A stretch of DNA of 64,000 nt from assembly GCA_963676565.1 (NCBI GenBank), contig OY781089.1, positions 544,001 through 608,000 on the forward strand. The letters run 5' to 3'. Under the pieces are notes generated by a model. It searched no databases and was not told the origin of the DNA. It saw nothing but the letters and a program-made list of their open reading frames with translations. Below are positions 31,599-41,742 of this stretch, one piece after another (the stretch's first letter is position 1; the number at the start of each line of letters is the position of its first letter). Made by a program: the position numbers and the translations under genes. Source of the stretch: Halarcobacter sp. (GTDB lineage Bacteria; Campylobacterota; Campylobacteria; Campylobacterales; Arcobacteraceae).

Positions 31599-33338
31599 AT
31601 GATAGAACTGATTAATATTTCAAAAAGCTACCCTACAAATGATTTGTATAGTGACTTAAACCTAAGACTAAATGCTGGTGATAAAGTAGGTTTAGTTGGA
31701 AGAAATGGTACTGGAAAATCGACACTTTTTAAACTTATTTTAGGGGAAGAGCCACAAGATAGTGGTGATATCAATTTTCCAAAAGGCTACAAAATTGGTG
31801 CTTTAAAGCAATATTTTAACTTTACTGAAAAAACTTTAATTGATGAAACAGCCTTAGCTTTAAGTGAAGAGGATAAATACAATATTTATAAAGCTGAAAA
31901 GATACTATTTGGTCTTGGATTTACAGATGAAGATTTAAATAAAGATCCAAAATCATTTTCTGGTGGTTATCAAATTAGAATAAATCTTGCAAAGCTATTA
32001 TTAACTGAACCAAATATGCTTTTACTAGATGAGCCTACAAACTACTTGGATATCCTTTCTATTAGATGGTTAAAAGCATTTTTAAAATCTTTCCAAGGTG
32101 AAGTTATACTTATCACCCACGATAGAGAGTTTATGGATTCAGTTTGTACTCATACCCTTGGAATTATTAGAAGAAGTGCTTTTATGATTCAGGGTGGTAC
32201 TAGAAAATTTTATGAGCAATTAATGGCAAATGAAGAACACCATGAAAAACAAAAAATTGCTCAAGAGAAAAAAATAAAAGACCTTGAAGAGTTTATTGCT
32301 AAAAATAAAGCAAGAGCGGCAACTGCAACACTAGCTCAATCAAAGGTTAAAATCCTAGAAAAAATGGAAGTTTTAGAAGATTTAGATTATGCTGCAAACC
32401 TTGATTTTGATTTTAACTACAAAGATACTGCAGCAAAATTTTTAGTTGAAGTAAAAGACTTAAGTTTTGGATATGAAAAAGATAAAATTTTATTTGAAAA
32501 TATCACTTTCGCCCTTTCAAAGGGTGAAACAGTAGGAATTATAGGTAAAAATGGTAAAGGTAAATCAACATTACTAAATACTATTGCAGGTGAATTGCAA
32601 CAATTAACTGGATCTGTTGATTTTCATCCATCATGTACTTTTGGACACTTTGGTCAAACAAATATCTCACATTTAAATCAAGATAACACTGTAATGGATG
32701 AGATTTATAGTGTAAATAACAAACTTGGCGAAGCTACTGTTAGAGCAATTTGCGGACTTATGATGTTTAGTGGTGACAATGCTAAGAAAAAAATCTCACT
32801 TTTATCAGGGGGAGAAAAATCTAGAGTTATGCTTGGTAAAATCATTGCTCAAGATGTAAACTTACTATTTTTAGATGAGCCTACAAACCACTTAGATATT
32901 GATTCTATTGATGCACTTACAAATGCAATTAAAGCTTTTCCTGGTTCTTGTATTATTGTAACTCACTCAGAAGAGTTATTAAGAGCTACTTGCGATAGAT
33001 TGATTGTATTTACAAACAATGGGGCTGATTATTTCAATGGAACTTATGATGAGTTTTTAGAAAAAATTGGTTGGGACGATGATGACAGTGTAGAGGAAAA
33101 GAAAAAACCTGCTAAACCAAAAAGAAACAAAAAAGAGATTAGAAAATTAAGATCTATAATCGTAGCTGAAAAATCAAAAGAAATATCACCTATAAAAAAA
33201 GAGATTGAGGCTTTAGAACAAGAACTTGAAACTTTAAATGGGAACGAAAAAGTAAAAAAAGAATCACAACTTCTAGATTTACAAATAAAATTAGAAGAGC
33301 TAAATGAACTTTATCAAAAAAGAATGGATGAAGTTTAA
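31599..33338 (+). CDS. ABC-F family ATPase
   Basis: Two ABC cassettes (GRNGTGKS, GKNGKGKS, two LDEPTN), no TM segments, C-terminal coiled coil. Confidence 0.9.
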   Translation: MIELINISKSYPTNDLYSDLNLRLNAGDKVGLVGRNGTGKSTLFKLILGEEPQDSGDINFPKGYKIGALKQYFNFTEKTLIDETALALSEEDKYNIYKAEKILFGLGFTDEDLNKDPKSFSGGYQIRINLAKLLLTEPNMLLLDEPTNYLDILSIRWLKAFLKSFQGEVILITHDREFMDSVCTHTLGIIRRSAFMIQGGTRKFYEQLMANEEHHEKQKIAQEKKIKDLEEFIAKNKARAATATLAQSKVKILEKMEVLEDLDYAANLDFDFNYKDTAAKFLVEVKDLSFGYEKDKILFENITFALSKGETVGIIGKNGKGKSTLLNTIAGELQQLTGSVDFHPSCTFGHFGQTNISHLNQDNTVMDEIYSVNNKLGEATVRAICGLMMFSGDNAKKKISLLSGGEKSRVMLGKIIAQDVNLLFLDEPTNHLDIDSIDALTNAIKAFPGSCIIVTHSEELLRATCDRLIVFTNNGADYFNGTYDEFLEKIGWDDDDSVEEKKKPAKPKRNKKEIRKLRSIIVAEKSKEISPIKKEIEALEQELETLNGNEKVKKESQLLDLQIKLEELNELYQKRMDEV

Positions 33339-33418
33339 TATAATTTTAATAATTATAAATTTATTTATTTTTCCAAACTATGATATAATTTAATTTTTTA
33401 CACAAAAAAGGATATTAC

Positions 33419-34282
33419 ATGAAATTTACTAAATTATTTTTCCTTTTATTTTTTTCAATAAATATTTTATTTGCTTCAAATAAAGATATCCCAACAATAG
33501 TTTCAAAAGATTGGTTAAAATCAAATTTTAATGACCCAAATTTAGTAATTGTTGATTTAAGAACAAGTGAAGATTATAAACAGCTTCATATAAAAAATGC
33601 AGTTAATGTTCCTGGATTAAAATCTTTGTTTGATGATAAATTTTTTATGCCAAAATTAGATTTTTTAAAAGAGTTATTTAGTAATGCAGGAATTGATAGT
33701 AATAGTAAAGTCCTTGCCTATGATAATGGAGATTTTATATGGGCCGCAAGATTTTATTGGATTTTAGAGACTTTAGGACATAAAGAAGTAGGTATTTTTA
33801 AATATGGTTTTACGAAAGATACAAAACTAGATATTCCAACTTCAAATAAAATAGTAAAACCTACTAGAAAAGAGTTTGTTCCAAGAATAGATAATAGTAA
33901 AATTGAGACAAAACTTGGAACATTAATGTCAATTGGAAATAAAACTATTATTGATGGAAGAAAAGAGTCTCATTATCAAGGAAAAGAATCTACTGCTAAG
34001 AGATTTGGACATATTCCAAGTGCCCAAAATTATGCTTGTACTCAAAATTATCAAGTTACCGAAAATGGAAATGTAATGAAAGATATATCGCAGTTAAAAG
34101 AGGTATATAAAAATATTCCAAAAGAAAAAGAGATAATTTTATATTGTGATGGTGGAGCTGAAGCTGCATTGAATTTTATAGTTTTAGAAGAGTTGGGATA
34201 TAAAGCTTCTGTTTATGATGGATCATGGACAGAGTGGGGAAATGATTTAGAAGTACCAATACAAAACCCATCTAAAGAATGA
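33419..34282 (+). CDS. Exported tandem-domain sulfurtransferase (rhodanese)
   Basis: Signal peptide; HIKNA, GHIPSA, active-site YCDGG, YDGSWTEW. Confidence 0.88.
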   Translation: MKFTKLFFLLFFSINILFASNKDIPTIVSKDWLKSNFNDPNLVIVDLRTSEDYKQLHIKNAVNVPGLKSLFDDKFFMPKLDFLKELFSNAGIDSNSKVLAYDNGDFIWAARFYWILETLGHKEVGIFKYGFTKDTKLDIPTSNKIVKPTRKEFVPRIDNSKIETKLGTLMSIGNKTIIDGRKESHYQGKESTAKRFGHIPSAQNYACTQNYQVTENGNVMKDISQLKEVYKNIPKEKEIILYCDGGAEAALNFIVLEELGYKASVYDGSWTEWGNDLEVPIQNPSKE

Positions 34283-34283
34283 T

Positions 34284-36095
34284 ATGAAATCCTTACCAAA
34301 CTATAATGGTTCCATAAAAAAAAGATTAATTTTTATTATAATGTCAGTTACATTGTTAACTGCACTAATAGGTTATGGAAGTTTTGTATATTGGTATATG
34401 CAAAATCAATATGAGCAAAAAATTGAACTTTCTAAAACAGTTAGTTTGGTTTTGGCTCAAGATTTTGCTAAATTAATTTTACTAAATGATGTATCCGCAG
34501 CTGCTGATATTAGTGATTCTTTAAAATCTTTCTCTACTTTAGAGTCAATGGTTTTATATAAATTAGATAAGAAACCAATTCTTCAATACAATAAAGATGG
34601 TAAGAGTTTAAATCTTAAAACCCTACCAGAAATAGAATTAGATAAGCTATTTTTAGATGGAAATATATTAAAACTTTATAGTGATGCAGTGTATAAAAAT
34701 AGTAAATTAGGTACTGTAAAATATGAATTTCAAGCACAAACTCTCTTTGATGTTATTAAAAAGAACCTTTCAACTCTAATAATTATTTTGTCATCAATGT
34801 TTTTAATTTCATATTTCCTTACACTCTATTTTGCAAAAAAATTTACTGATCCGATTTTAAACCTTGTTAAATTTTTAGAAAAAATTGAATTAAAAGATAG
34901 TTATAAAAAAAGAATTAAAACAAAAGAAAAAAATGAGTATGGAATTTTATATGAAGAAGTAAATCAAATGCTTCAAAGAATAGAAGACTCCTATAACGTT
35001 TTAAAAATTGCAGCAGTTACTTTTGAAACCCAAAATGGAATAACAATTACCGATAAAGATCAAAAAATTCTTTTAGTAAATAAAGCCTTTACTAAAATCA
35101 CTGGTTATGAAGCTTCTGAAGTAAAAGGTCTAACCCCCAAAATTTTACAATCTGGTTTACATGATAAAAAATTTTATAATGAGATGAGAAACTCATTAAA
35201 AGAGAAAAATATTTGGGTAGGAGAAATTACTAATAAACATAAAGATGGAACTATTGTTAATGAGCATTTAACAATACAGTCTATCTTAGATAATAAAGGT
35301 GAAGTTATTTATTATGTTGCCTCATTTTTGGATATAACATTACAAAAAGAGATGGAGTTTAAACTAAAAGAAAAAGAGAGTCAATTAATTCAAAAGTCTA
35401 AAATGGCTGCTATGGGAGAGATGCTAGAAAATATTGCCCACCAATGGAGACAACCTCTTTCAGTTATTTCAGCAGCTGCTACAGGAATTTTATTAAAAAA
35501 ATTATTACACTTAGAAATTGATGAAAAAGAGCATATTGAAAGCTTAGAGAAAATTAATAGTACAGTTCAATATATGTCAAATACAATTAACGACTTTAGA
35601 GATTTCTTCAAAGAAGATAAATATGTAACTTTTTTTAATTTAAAAAATAGTTATGAAAGAGTTTTAAGCTTGATTGGTTCAAAATTAAAATCCATAGATA
35701 TAGAATTAATTGAAAATTTAAATGATATAAATATATCAGGAATAGAAAATGAGTTTACTCAAGTTTTGATGAACATTCTCTCAAATGCAAAAGATGCTTT
35801 AAATGAATGTGAAAATAGAAAATTAATATTTGTTGATATATTTGAAGAATCTAATAAAGCCATAATTACAATAAAAGATAATGCAGGTGGAATACCTAAA
35901 GATTTAATAGAAAATGTATTTGAACCCTATTTTACTACAAAAGGGAATGAAGGTACAGGAATAGGACTTCATATGTCAAAAGATATAATTAATAATCATA
36001 TGAATGGTAATCTAAGTGTAGAAAATGAAAAATATACTTTTGAAGGTATAGAGTATATAGGTGCTAAATTTATTATAAAACTTCCAATTTCTTAA
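34284..36095 (+). CDS. Sensor histidine kinase (periplasmic domain, HAMP, PAS)
   Basis: Two TMs; PAS motif VNKAFTKITGY; IAHQWRQPL; DNAGG; GTGIGL. Confidence 0.9.
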   Translation: MKSLPNYNGSIKKRLIFIIMSVTLLTALIGYGSFVYWYMQNQYEQKIELSKTVSLVLAQDFAKLILLNDVSAAADISDSLKSFSTLESMVLYKLDKKPILQYNKDGKSLNLKTLPEIELDKLFLDGNILKLYSDAVYKNSKLGTVKYEFQAQTLFDVIKKNLSTLIIILSSMFLISYFLTLYFAKKFTDPILNLVKFLEKIELKDSYKKRIKTKEKNEYGILYEEVNQMLQRIEDSYNVLKIAAVTFETQNGITITDKDQKILLVNKAFTKITGYEASEVKGLTPKILQSGLHDKKFYNEMRNSLKEKNIWVGEITNKHKDGTIVNEHLTIQSILDNKGEVIYYVASFLDITLQKEMEFKLKEKESQLIQKSKMAAMGEMLENIAHQWRQPLSVISAAATGILLKKLLHLEIDEKEHIESLEKINSTVQYMSNTINDFRDFFKEDKYVTFFNLKNSYERVLSLIGSKLKSIDIELIENLNDINISGIENEFTQVLMNILSNAKDALNECENRKLIFVDIFEESNKAIITIKDNAGGIPKDLIENVFEPYFTTKGNEGTGIGLHMSKDIINNHMNGNLSVENEKYTFEGIEYIGAKFIIKLPIS

Positions 36096-36198
36096 AATAT
36101 AACTACGAAAAATAAAAATCATTACATTTTGACATTAAATTAAAACAAATAAATTTTTTATTCTATACTTTCAATATAAAGCAATAAAGGCAAATAAA

Positions 36199-36591
36199 TT
36201 GAAAACATGTGGAATAGAATTAAAATCAAATGTAGCATCATTAGTTGTTTTAGAAGATGATGAATATATAGACTTAAAAATAAAAAAAATCACTTTAGAA
36301 AATGATGAAAATCAAGAAGATATTAGAAAATTTTGTAATGAGTTTTTACTTTTTTTAGAACAAAATCTAATTGATAAAGTAGTTATCAAAAAAAGAGCAA
36401 AAAAAGGAAATTTTGCAGGTGGAGTAGTTACCTTTAAAATGGAGGGTTTAATTCAATTAAACCCTTTATGTGAAGTTGAACTTATATCTGCTCAAACTAT
36501 ATCTTCCTTTGAAAAAAAGAATACAATTGAGAAACCAAGTGAGTTAAAAAAGTATCAAGAGCAGGCTTTTTTAGCTGCCCTTGCTTCTTAA
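36199..36591 (+). CDS. DUF3010-family protein
   Basis: CGIELKS, KRAKKGNFAGG..TFKMEGLIQL and YQEQAF motifs. Confidence 0.7.
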   Translation: MKTCGIELKSNVASLVVLEDDEYIDLKIKKITLENDENQEDIRKFCNEFLLFLEQNLIDKVVIKKRAKKGNFAGGVVTFKMEGLIQLNPLCEVELISAQTISSFEKKNTIEKPSELKKYQEQAFLAALAS

Positions 36592-36601
36592 TTTTAAGAA
36601 T

Positions 36602-37315
36602 TTATTTTAAAAATTGAATTACTAGTGGAAGTAAAATAGCTGTAAAAATACCACAAAGCCCCATGGCAAGTGCTGAAAAAGCTGCAGCTTTTTCTCCCAT
36701 TTCAACTGCTCTTGCAGTTCCAATTCCATGGGAAATAAGACCAAGTGCAAAACCCTTTGAAGTATCATGTTTAATATTTATAATTTTAAATATAAGATTT
36801 CCTAAAAGTGCCCCAATGATTCCTGTTATTATCACAAAGCCTACTGCAAGGGAAGGAATAGCCCCAATTTGTTCTGAAGTTATAATCGCAATTGGTGCAG
36901 TAATTGACTTAGTTGCCATGGATAAAATAGTCGCCATATTTGCATCAAGTAAATAAAGCAGTCCTAGAGCTATTACAATTGAAAAAGAGCCCGCAATGAA
37001 TAAAGTTAAGACAATAGGTATAAAAAGGCTTTTTATATGCTTTAAATTATTATATAAAGGCAATGCCAAAGCAACAGTTGCAGGACCAAGAAAAAAATGT
37101 ATAATTTCAACACCTTTAAAATACTCTTCATAGGATTTACCACTTATTATTAGTGTACTCATAATAATTGCATATGCTATTATGATTGGTTGAAGTAAGG
37201 TATGTTTATTAAATTTTTCATAAATGATTATTCCTATTTTATAAGCACCTAAAGTTAAAATAAGCCATAAAAGTGGTGTGTTTGTTATATATTCATATAA
37301 TGCTTCAAAATTCAT
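36602..37315 (-). CDS. LrgB/CidB-family membrane protein
   Basis: LGPATVALALPLY, KSITAPIA, HGIGTARA. Confidence 0.92.
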   Translation of the reverse strand: MNFEALYEYITNTPLLWLILTLGAYKIGIIIYEKFNKHTLLQPIIIAYAIIMSTLIISGKSYEEYFKGVEIIHFFLGPATVALALPLYNNLKHIKSLFIPIVLTLFIAGSFSIVIALGLLYLLDANMATILSMATKSITAPIAIITSEQIGAIPSLAVGFVIITGIIGALLGNLIFKIINIKHDTSKGFALGLISHGIGTARAVEMGEKAAAFSALAMGLCGIFTAILLPLVIQFLK

Positions 37316-37668
37316 TTTTTATTCTTCTTTATTTTTCTAATTGTTAAAATATCAATAAACTTTGCACTAAATGCCAAAGCAATTATTGTTCCTACTAAAA
37401 GTGAAATAGTTATAGCCCAAAACTCTTTTGAGATTATATCTGCTTGTGTAACTATCCCCATCGCTGCAGGTATAAATAAAAGTGGTAAATATCTTAGATG
37501 TAAAAATACTGCATTATCTAAAGATTCAAAGCTTGATTTTTTTATCATTAAAAATAGAAGTAATAAAAGCATACCAATTACAGGGCCTGGAACAATTAGT
37601 CCAAAAAGTTTTACAAAACACTCCCCTAGAAATTGAAATACTAGGAGAGTAATAATTCCTTTTAACAT
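37312..37668 (-). CDS. CidA/LrgA-family membrane protein
   Basis: GE.....PGPVIGM and LLFIPAAMG; paired with LrgB. Confidence 0.92.
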   Translation of the reverse strand: MLKGIITLLVFQFLGECFVKLFGLIVPGPVIGMLLLLLFLMIKKSSFESLDNAVFLHLRYLPLLFIPAAMGIVTQADIISKEFWAITISLLVGTIIALAFSAKFIDILTIRKIKKNKK

Positions 37669-37673
37669 CTAAT

Positions 37674-38525
37674 TTAATCTTTAAATAGTTGGTAAATAGA
37701 ACAAAAATCCTCTTCACCTTTTCCATCTTTTTTCATTTTTCCAAATAGCTCTTTTGGAACAGCAGCAGAATATAGCGGTTGATTTAAGCTATAAGCTAAA
37801 TCTTGTAAAGTGTGTAAATCTTTATAAATTGCATTATTTGAAAAGTGTGCAGAAAAATCTTCTTCAATCAATTTTTGAGTTTTTGCTTTTAAAACTAGTG
37901 ATTGACCACCACCAACTCCAAGGATTTCAAGTAGTTTTGGTTTATCAATATCACACAATTCACCTAAAGCTGTACACTCAGCAATAGTTGCCATAAATGA
38001 ACCTAAGCATAGGTTATTAATAAGTTTCATTTTTGAAGCTTTACCTGGCTCTTTTAGATAGAAAATCTCTTTTCCTATTTTTTCTAAATATGGTTTACAC
38101 AAGTCATATGTTTCTTTCTTCCCTGAAGTAACTATTGTAACTAAACCTTGAAGTGCAGGAGCAACACTACCAAAAATAGGTGATTCTAAATAATCCCCAC
38201 CCTTTTCATCTATTAGTTGATGGAAAGATAAAACTTGTTCATAATGATTTGTTGTTAAATCAATAATTGTTTTTCCCTCTAAATCAGCGCTTAATAATCC
38301 ATCTTCCATTTTCAAAATATTTTCAACTGCACTTGATTCAAATAAACACATAAATACAACATCACATTTTTCAATTAATTCTTTTGGAGAATCTATAATT
38401 TCATAACCTAAATCTTCAACTTTTGATTTAGTTCTATTATAAACTTTTAGTTCTTCACCCATATCAGTTAGTCTACTTGCAATAGCTTGACCTAAATTTC
38501 CTAATCCAATAAATCCTAGTGCCAT
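37674..38525 (-). CDS. NAD(P)-dependent oxidoreductase, 3-hydroxyisobutyrate dehydrogenase family
   Basis: GFIGLGNLG, YNRT, KMKLINN and KDL motifs; ATG at 38525 after AAAGGA. Confidence 0.85.
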   Translation of the reverse strand: MALGFIGLGNLGQAIASRLTDMGEELKVYNRTKSKVEDLGYEIIDSPKELIEKCDVVFMCLFESSAVENILKMEDGLLSADLEGKTIIDLTTNHYEQVLSFHQLIDEKGGDYLESPIFGSVAPALQGLVTIVTSGKKETYDLCKPYLEKIGKEIFYLKEPGKASKMKLINNLCLGSFMATIAECTALGELCDIDKPKLLEILGVGGGQSLVLKAKTQKLIEEDFSAHFSNNAIYKDLHTLQDLAYSLNQPLYSAAVPKELFGKMKKDGKGEEDFCSIYQLFKD

Positions 38526-38678
38526 AGTAATCCTTTTTTGCAAATTATAGTAAAATTTTTTTAAAGCCTCCTAATAATATTGTTGATTACACTATGGTTT
38601 TTAGCTATGTAGAGACTTTATGAAGAGTAAATTAATGATATAATAAAAGCTTAAAAATATATATTGGGGTAAAACCAT

Positions 38679-40115
38679 ATGAGGCTAGTATTAACAATAA
38701 ACTATTATTTAAAAAAAGGTGGATTAAAATTAAAATTTATTGGATTTACTATTGCTTTAACGGTTATAACGGTTTTTATATTAAGCTTTATAATTATTCA
38801 ATTAATGAGTAAAACAATTGAAAAAAAAGCTTTTGAAGTAGCTAGTAGTTCTATTACACATATTGCAAACTCTTCAAGATTAGCCCTTTTAGAAAGAAAC
38901 TATGAAAATAAAATCAATCTTAGTGAAACTATAAAAGTATTAAAAAATTCAAAAATTGAAGGTTTTTTGGATATTTCAATTTATGAAAATGATAAAAATA
39001 AATTTTTATATCTAAGTGGTTATAAAAAATATTCAAAACCAAAGTATTTAGAGGATACTAAGCTTATTAAAACTCTAACAGATACAAAACCAAAGTTATT
39101 AGTTGAGGAAAAAGAACTTTTAATAAATGGTGAGATGACTAGTGTTTATCAGTTTGCAAGTCCTGTTTTTTTTAAATATAAGGGGAAAGATATTCTTTTA
39201 GGGGTTGTTATTTTATTGTATGATAAAAATACGATTTATTCAGTAATTAATAAAGCTATAGAGGCATCTTTAATTATTACTTTTTTTATAGTGTTGATTT
39301 CTGTTTTTCTAGCATATTTGATGGGTGACAAACTAACAAAACCTATATTAAATATCTCGGATGGTGCTTTAAGTGTAGCTAGAGGTAATCTTGACATAAA
39401 TTTAAAAATAGATTCCAATGATGAGTTGGGAATATTAGCTAGAAGCTTTAACAATATGGTTGATGGTTTAAGGCAAAGGGAAAAAATGGAAAAATTTGTT
39501 TCCACTTCAACTATAGATATGATACAAAAGGATAGTAAGGCTAAATTGATTTTAGGTGGTGAGTATAGAACTATCACTTTACTTTTTTCTGATATTAGAG
39601 GATTTACCTCAATGAGTGAAAGAAAAAAACCCGATGAAGTTGTAGAGATAATAAATTTTTATTTAAATCTTCAATCTGAGATTATTAAGGAAAATGGTGG
39701 AGATATAGATAAGTTCGTTGGTGATGAAGTGATGGCATCATTTAGTGGTGAGGATAGTTTACAAAGGGCAATAGCTTGTGCTGTAGAGATTCAAAACACT
39801 ATTTTTAAAAGTAATGAAATTCGTTTAAAAGAAAACAATACTATCTGTAATGTAGGTATTGGTATAAACAAAGGTGAAGTTATTGTTGGAAATATTGGTT
39901 CAACTGATAGAATGGATTTTACATCTATTGGATCAACTGTTAATGTGGCTTCAAGATTGTGTTCATATGCAAAGGAAAATGATATTGTAGTTGGACAAAT
40001 TTTAGATGAATCTTTTAAGAAAATGTATACTATTGAAGAAGAGAAATCAGTTTTATTAAAAGGGATTAATAAAGGATTGGATATAAGTTATATAAAGAGT
40101 TTGGAGCTTAATTAA
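38679..40115 (+). CDS. Membrane-bound class III adenylate cyclase with HAMP domain
   Basis: Two TMs, HAMP (DELG.LA.SFN.M), LFSDIRGFT, DKFVGDE, FTSIGSTVNVASRL. Confidence 0.9.
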   Translation: MRLVLTINYYLKKGGLKLKFIGFTIALTVITVFILSFIIIQLMSKTIEKKAFEVASSSITHIANSSRLALLERNYENKINLSETIKVLKNSKIEGFLDISIYENDKNKFLYLSGYKKYSKPKYLEDTKLIKTLTDTKPKLLVEEKELLINGEMTSVYQFASPVFFKYKGKDILLGVVILLYDKNTIYSVINKAIEASLIITFFIVLISVFLAYLMGDKLTKPILNISDGALSVARGNLDINLKIDSNDELGILARSFNNMVDGLRQREKMEKFVSTSTIDMIQKDSKAKLILGGEYRTITLLFSDIRGFTSMSERKKPDEVVEIINFYLNLQSEIIKENGGDIDKFVGDEVMASFSGEDSLQRAIACAVEIQNTIFKSNEIRLKENNTICNVGIGINKGEVIVGNIGSTDRMDFTSIGSTVNVASRLCSYAKENDIVVGQILDESFKKMYTIEEEKSVLLKGINKGLDISYIKSLELN

Positions 40116-41078
40116 ATGAAAAAATATTTAATATTTTTTATAGTTTTATTTATATTTACTGGATGTAGTGAAAAAAATTTCAAGTTTGGAATAAATGAAC
40201 ACTTAATATATCAAAAGGTTTTAAATGATGTATTATATTATAGAAGCTATGGAAATGAGACCTATAAACAAGGCTTTTATAAAGAAACAGCAGAAGCTTA
40301 TAAAAAAGTAAATATTTATGATGGTAAAGAGACCTATCCAAATGAATATATAAAAAATCTTGAAAATAAAGCTAAGATAAAAGGTGAATACTATTATAAC
40401 TTAGCCCTTTTAGCAATTAATAAAAACAAAGATAAAATCAAAGCTATGGTTTTTTTAAATAAGATGAGATGTAATAATTCTACAAAAGCTGGAGAAAAGC
40501 AATTTAAAATTTTAAAAGAAGATGAAGAAGTAAAAAATTTTTTATTAGAAAAAGAAAAACAGGTTAAAAATGCTATTCATAACTATGAAAGATCAGTCAA
40601 AAGTATAGTAGAATTAAAAAAAGCTGTTGATGAACTAGCAAAATATGATTATTTTAGTGAAGTTGCTATGGAAGCAAGAGATATAATAAAAAATGATTTT
40701 AGCTATTTAGTCAATGATGCAGTTAAAATATATGAAAAAGCAGAATATGAAAAAGCAAGGCTATATTTTCTTTCTTTGCATCAAGTTTATATGAATAATA
40801 GGACAATTACAAAATATTTGAACTTAATTAGTTCAAAAAAAATTATTAAAAAACCATCAAATATCAAAAAAAATGAGGATTTACCTAAAGAAGTAAATGA
40901 AATTGATATCTCTAAAGATTTAAAAGAAGCAATAGCTTTTTATGATAAAAAGGATTTAATCAACGCAAGAAAAAAGTTTAAAAAAATATTATCAACAGAG
41001 CCAAATCATAAAGTAGCCTTGGTGTATATAAAAAAAATTGATCAACAACTTAAGACTCTAAAAAAGCTTCAAAAATAA
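40116..41078 (+). CDS. Predicted lipoprotein with TPR-like helical repeats
   Basis: Lipobox FTGC; TPR-like C-terminal segment (A..FY......AR..F..IL..EPNH..A). Confidence 0.65.
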   Translation: MKKYLIFFIVLFIFTGCSEKNFKFGINEHLIYQKVLNDVLYYRSYGNETYKQGFYKETAEAYKKVNIYDGKETYPNEYIKNLENKAKIKGEYYYNLALLAINKNKDKIKAMVFLNKMRCNNSTKAGEKQFKILKEDEEVKNFLLEKEKQVKNAIHNYERSVKSIVELKKAVDELAKYDYFSEVAMEARDIIKNDFSYLVNDAVKIYEKAEYEKARLYFLSLHQVYMNNRTITKYLNLISSKKIIKKPSNIKKNEDLPKEVNEIDISKDLKEAIAFYDKKDLINARKKFKKILSTEPNHKVALVYIKKIDQQLKTLKKLQK

Positions 41079-41080
41079 AA

Positions 41081-41716
41081 TTAGAGCAATATAGTATTAT
41101 AAATAATTGAAAACCCTATTATAAGAAGTACTATTCCTGAACCTTTTTCTATATGGTTTGAATATCTTTCCATAAACTTACGGCTTTTTGAGTTACTTAC
41201 AAGGTAAACTATAAATATATCCCAAAAAAGAACCGCTAAAAACATCCAAAGGGCATAAAAACTTTGGATAAAAAATGGTGTATGGTTTTGTATTGAAATA
41301 GAAAACATAGTGAAATAAAAAATTGAATTTTTTGGGTTTAAAATTGCTGATAAGAATCCCATACTAAAATATTTGAAAATATCTTTTCTATTTTTTTCTT
41401 TTTCTATTTTTTCATCAAAGAGTTTTCTTTTTTTTGCACTTAAAAGTAAATATCCAATATAAAGAAGATATAAAGAGCCTAAAATTTTCATAGAAGAAAA
41501 AATAAATTCATTATCTTTGATTAAAGTTATTCCAAATAAAGCTAACAAAATATAGACTAGATTTGCAAAGGCGATTCCAATTGAAGTTATAACTCCAGAA
41601 GCTCTCCCATGTTTTGAAGAGTTTGTAAGTATTAAGAAAAAATCAACACCTGGACTTAAAAGTGCAACAAAGTGGGCTAAGGCTAATGATAAAAAACTAA
41701 TTAAATAAATTTCCAT
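41081..41716 (-). CDS. LysE/RhtB-family exporter
   Basis: SPGVDF and GFLSAILNPK motifs; six hydrophobic segments. Confidence 0.9.
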   Translation of the reverse strand: MEIYLISFLSLALAHFVALLSPGVDFFLILTNSSKHGRASGVITSIGIAFANLVYILLALFGITLIKDNEFIFSSMKILGSLYLLYIGYLLLSAKKRKLFDEKIEKEKNRKDIFKYFSMGFLSAILNPKNSIFYFTMFSISIQNHTPFFIQSFYALWMFLAVLFWDIFIVYLVSNSKSRKFMERYSNHIEKGSGIVLLIIGFSIIYNTILL

Positions 41717-41742
41717 AAGTTATTATAGAAATTTATGAAAAT

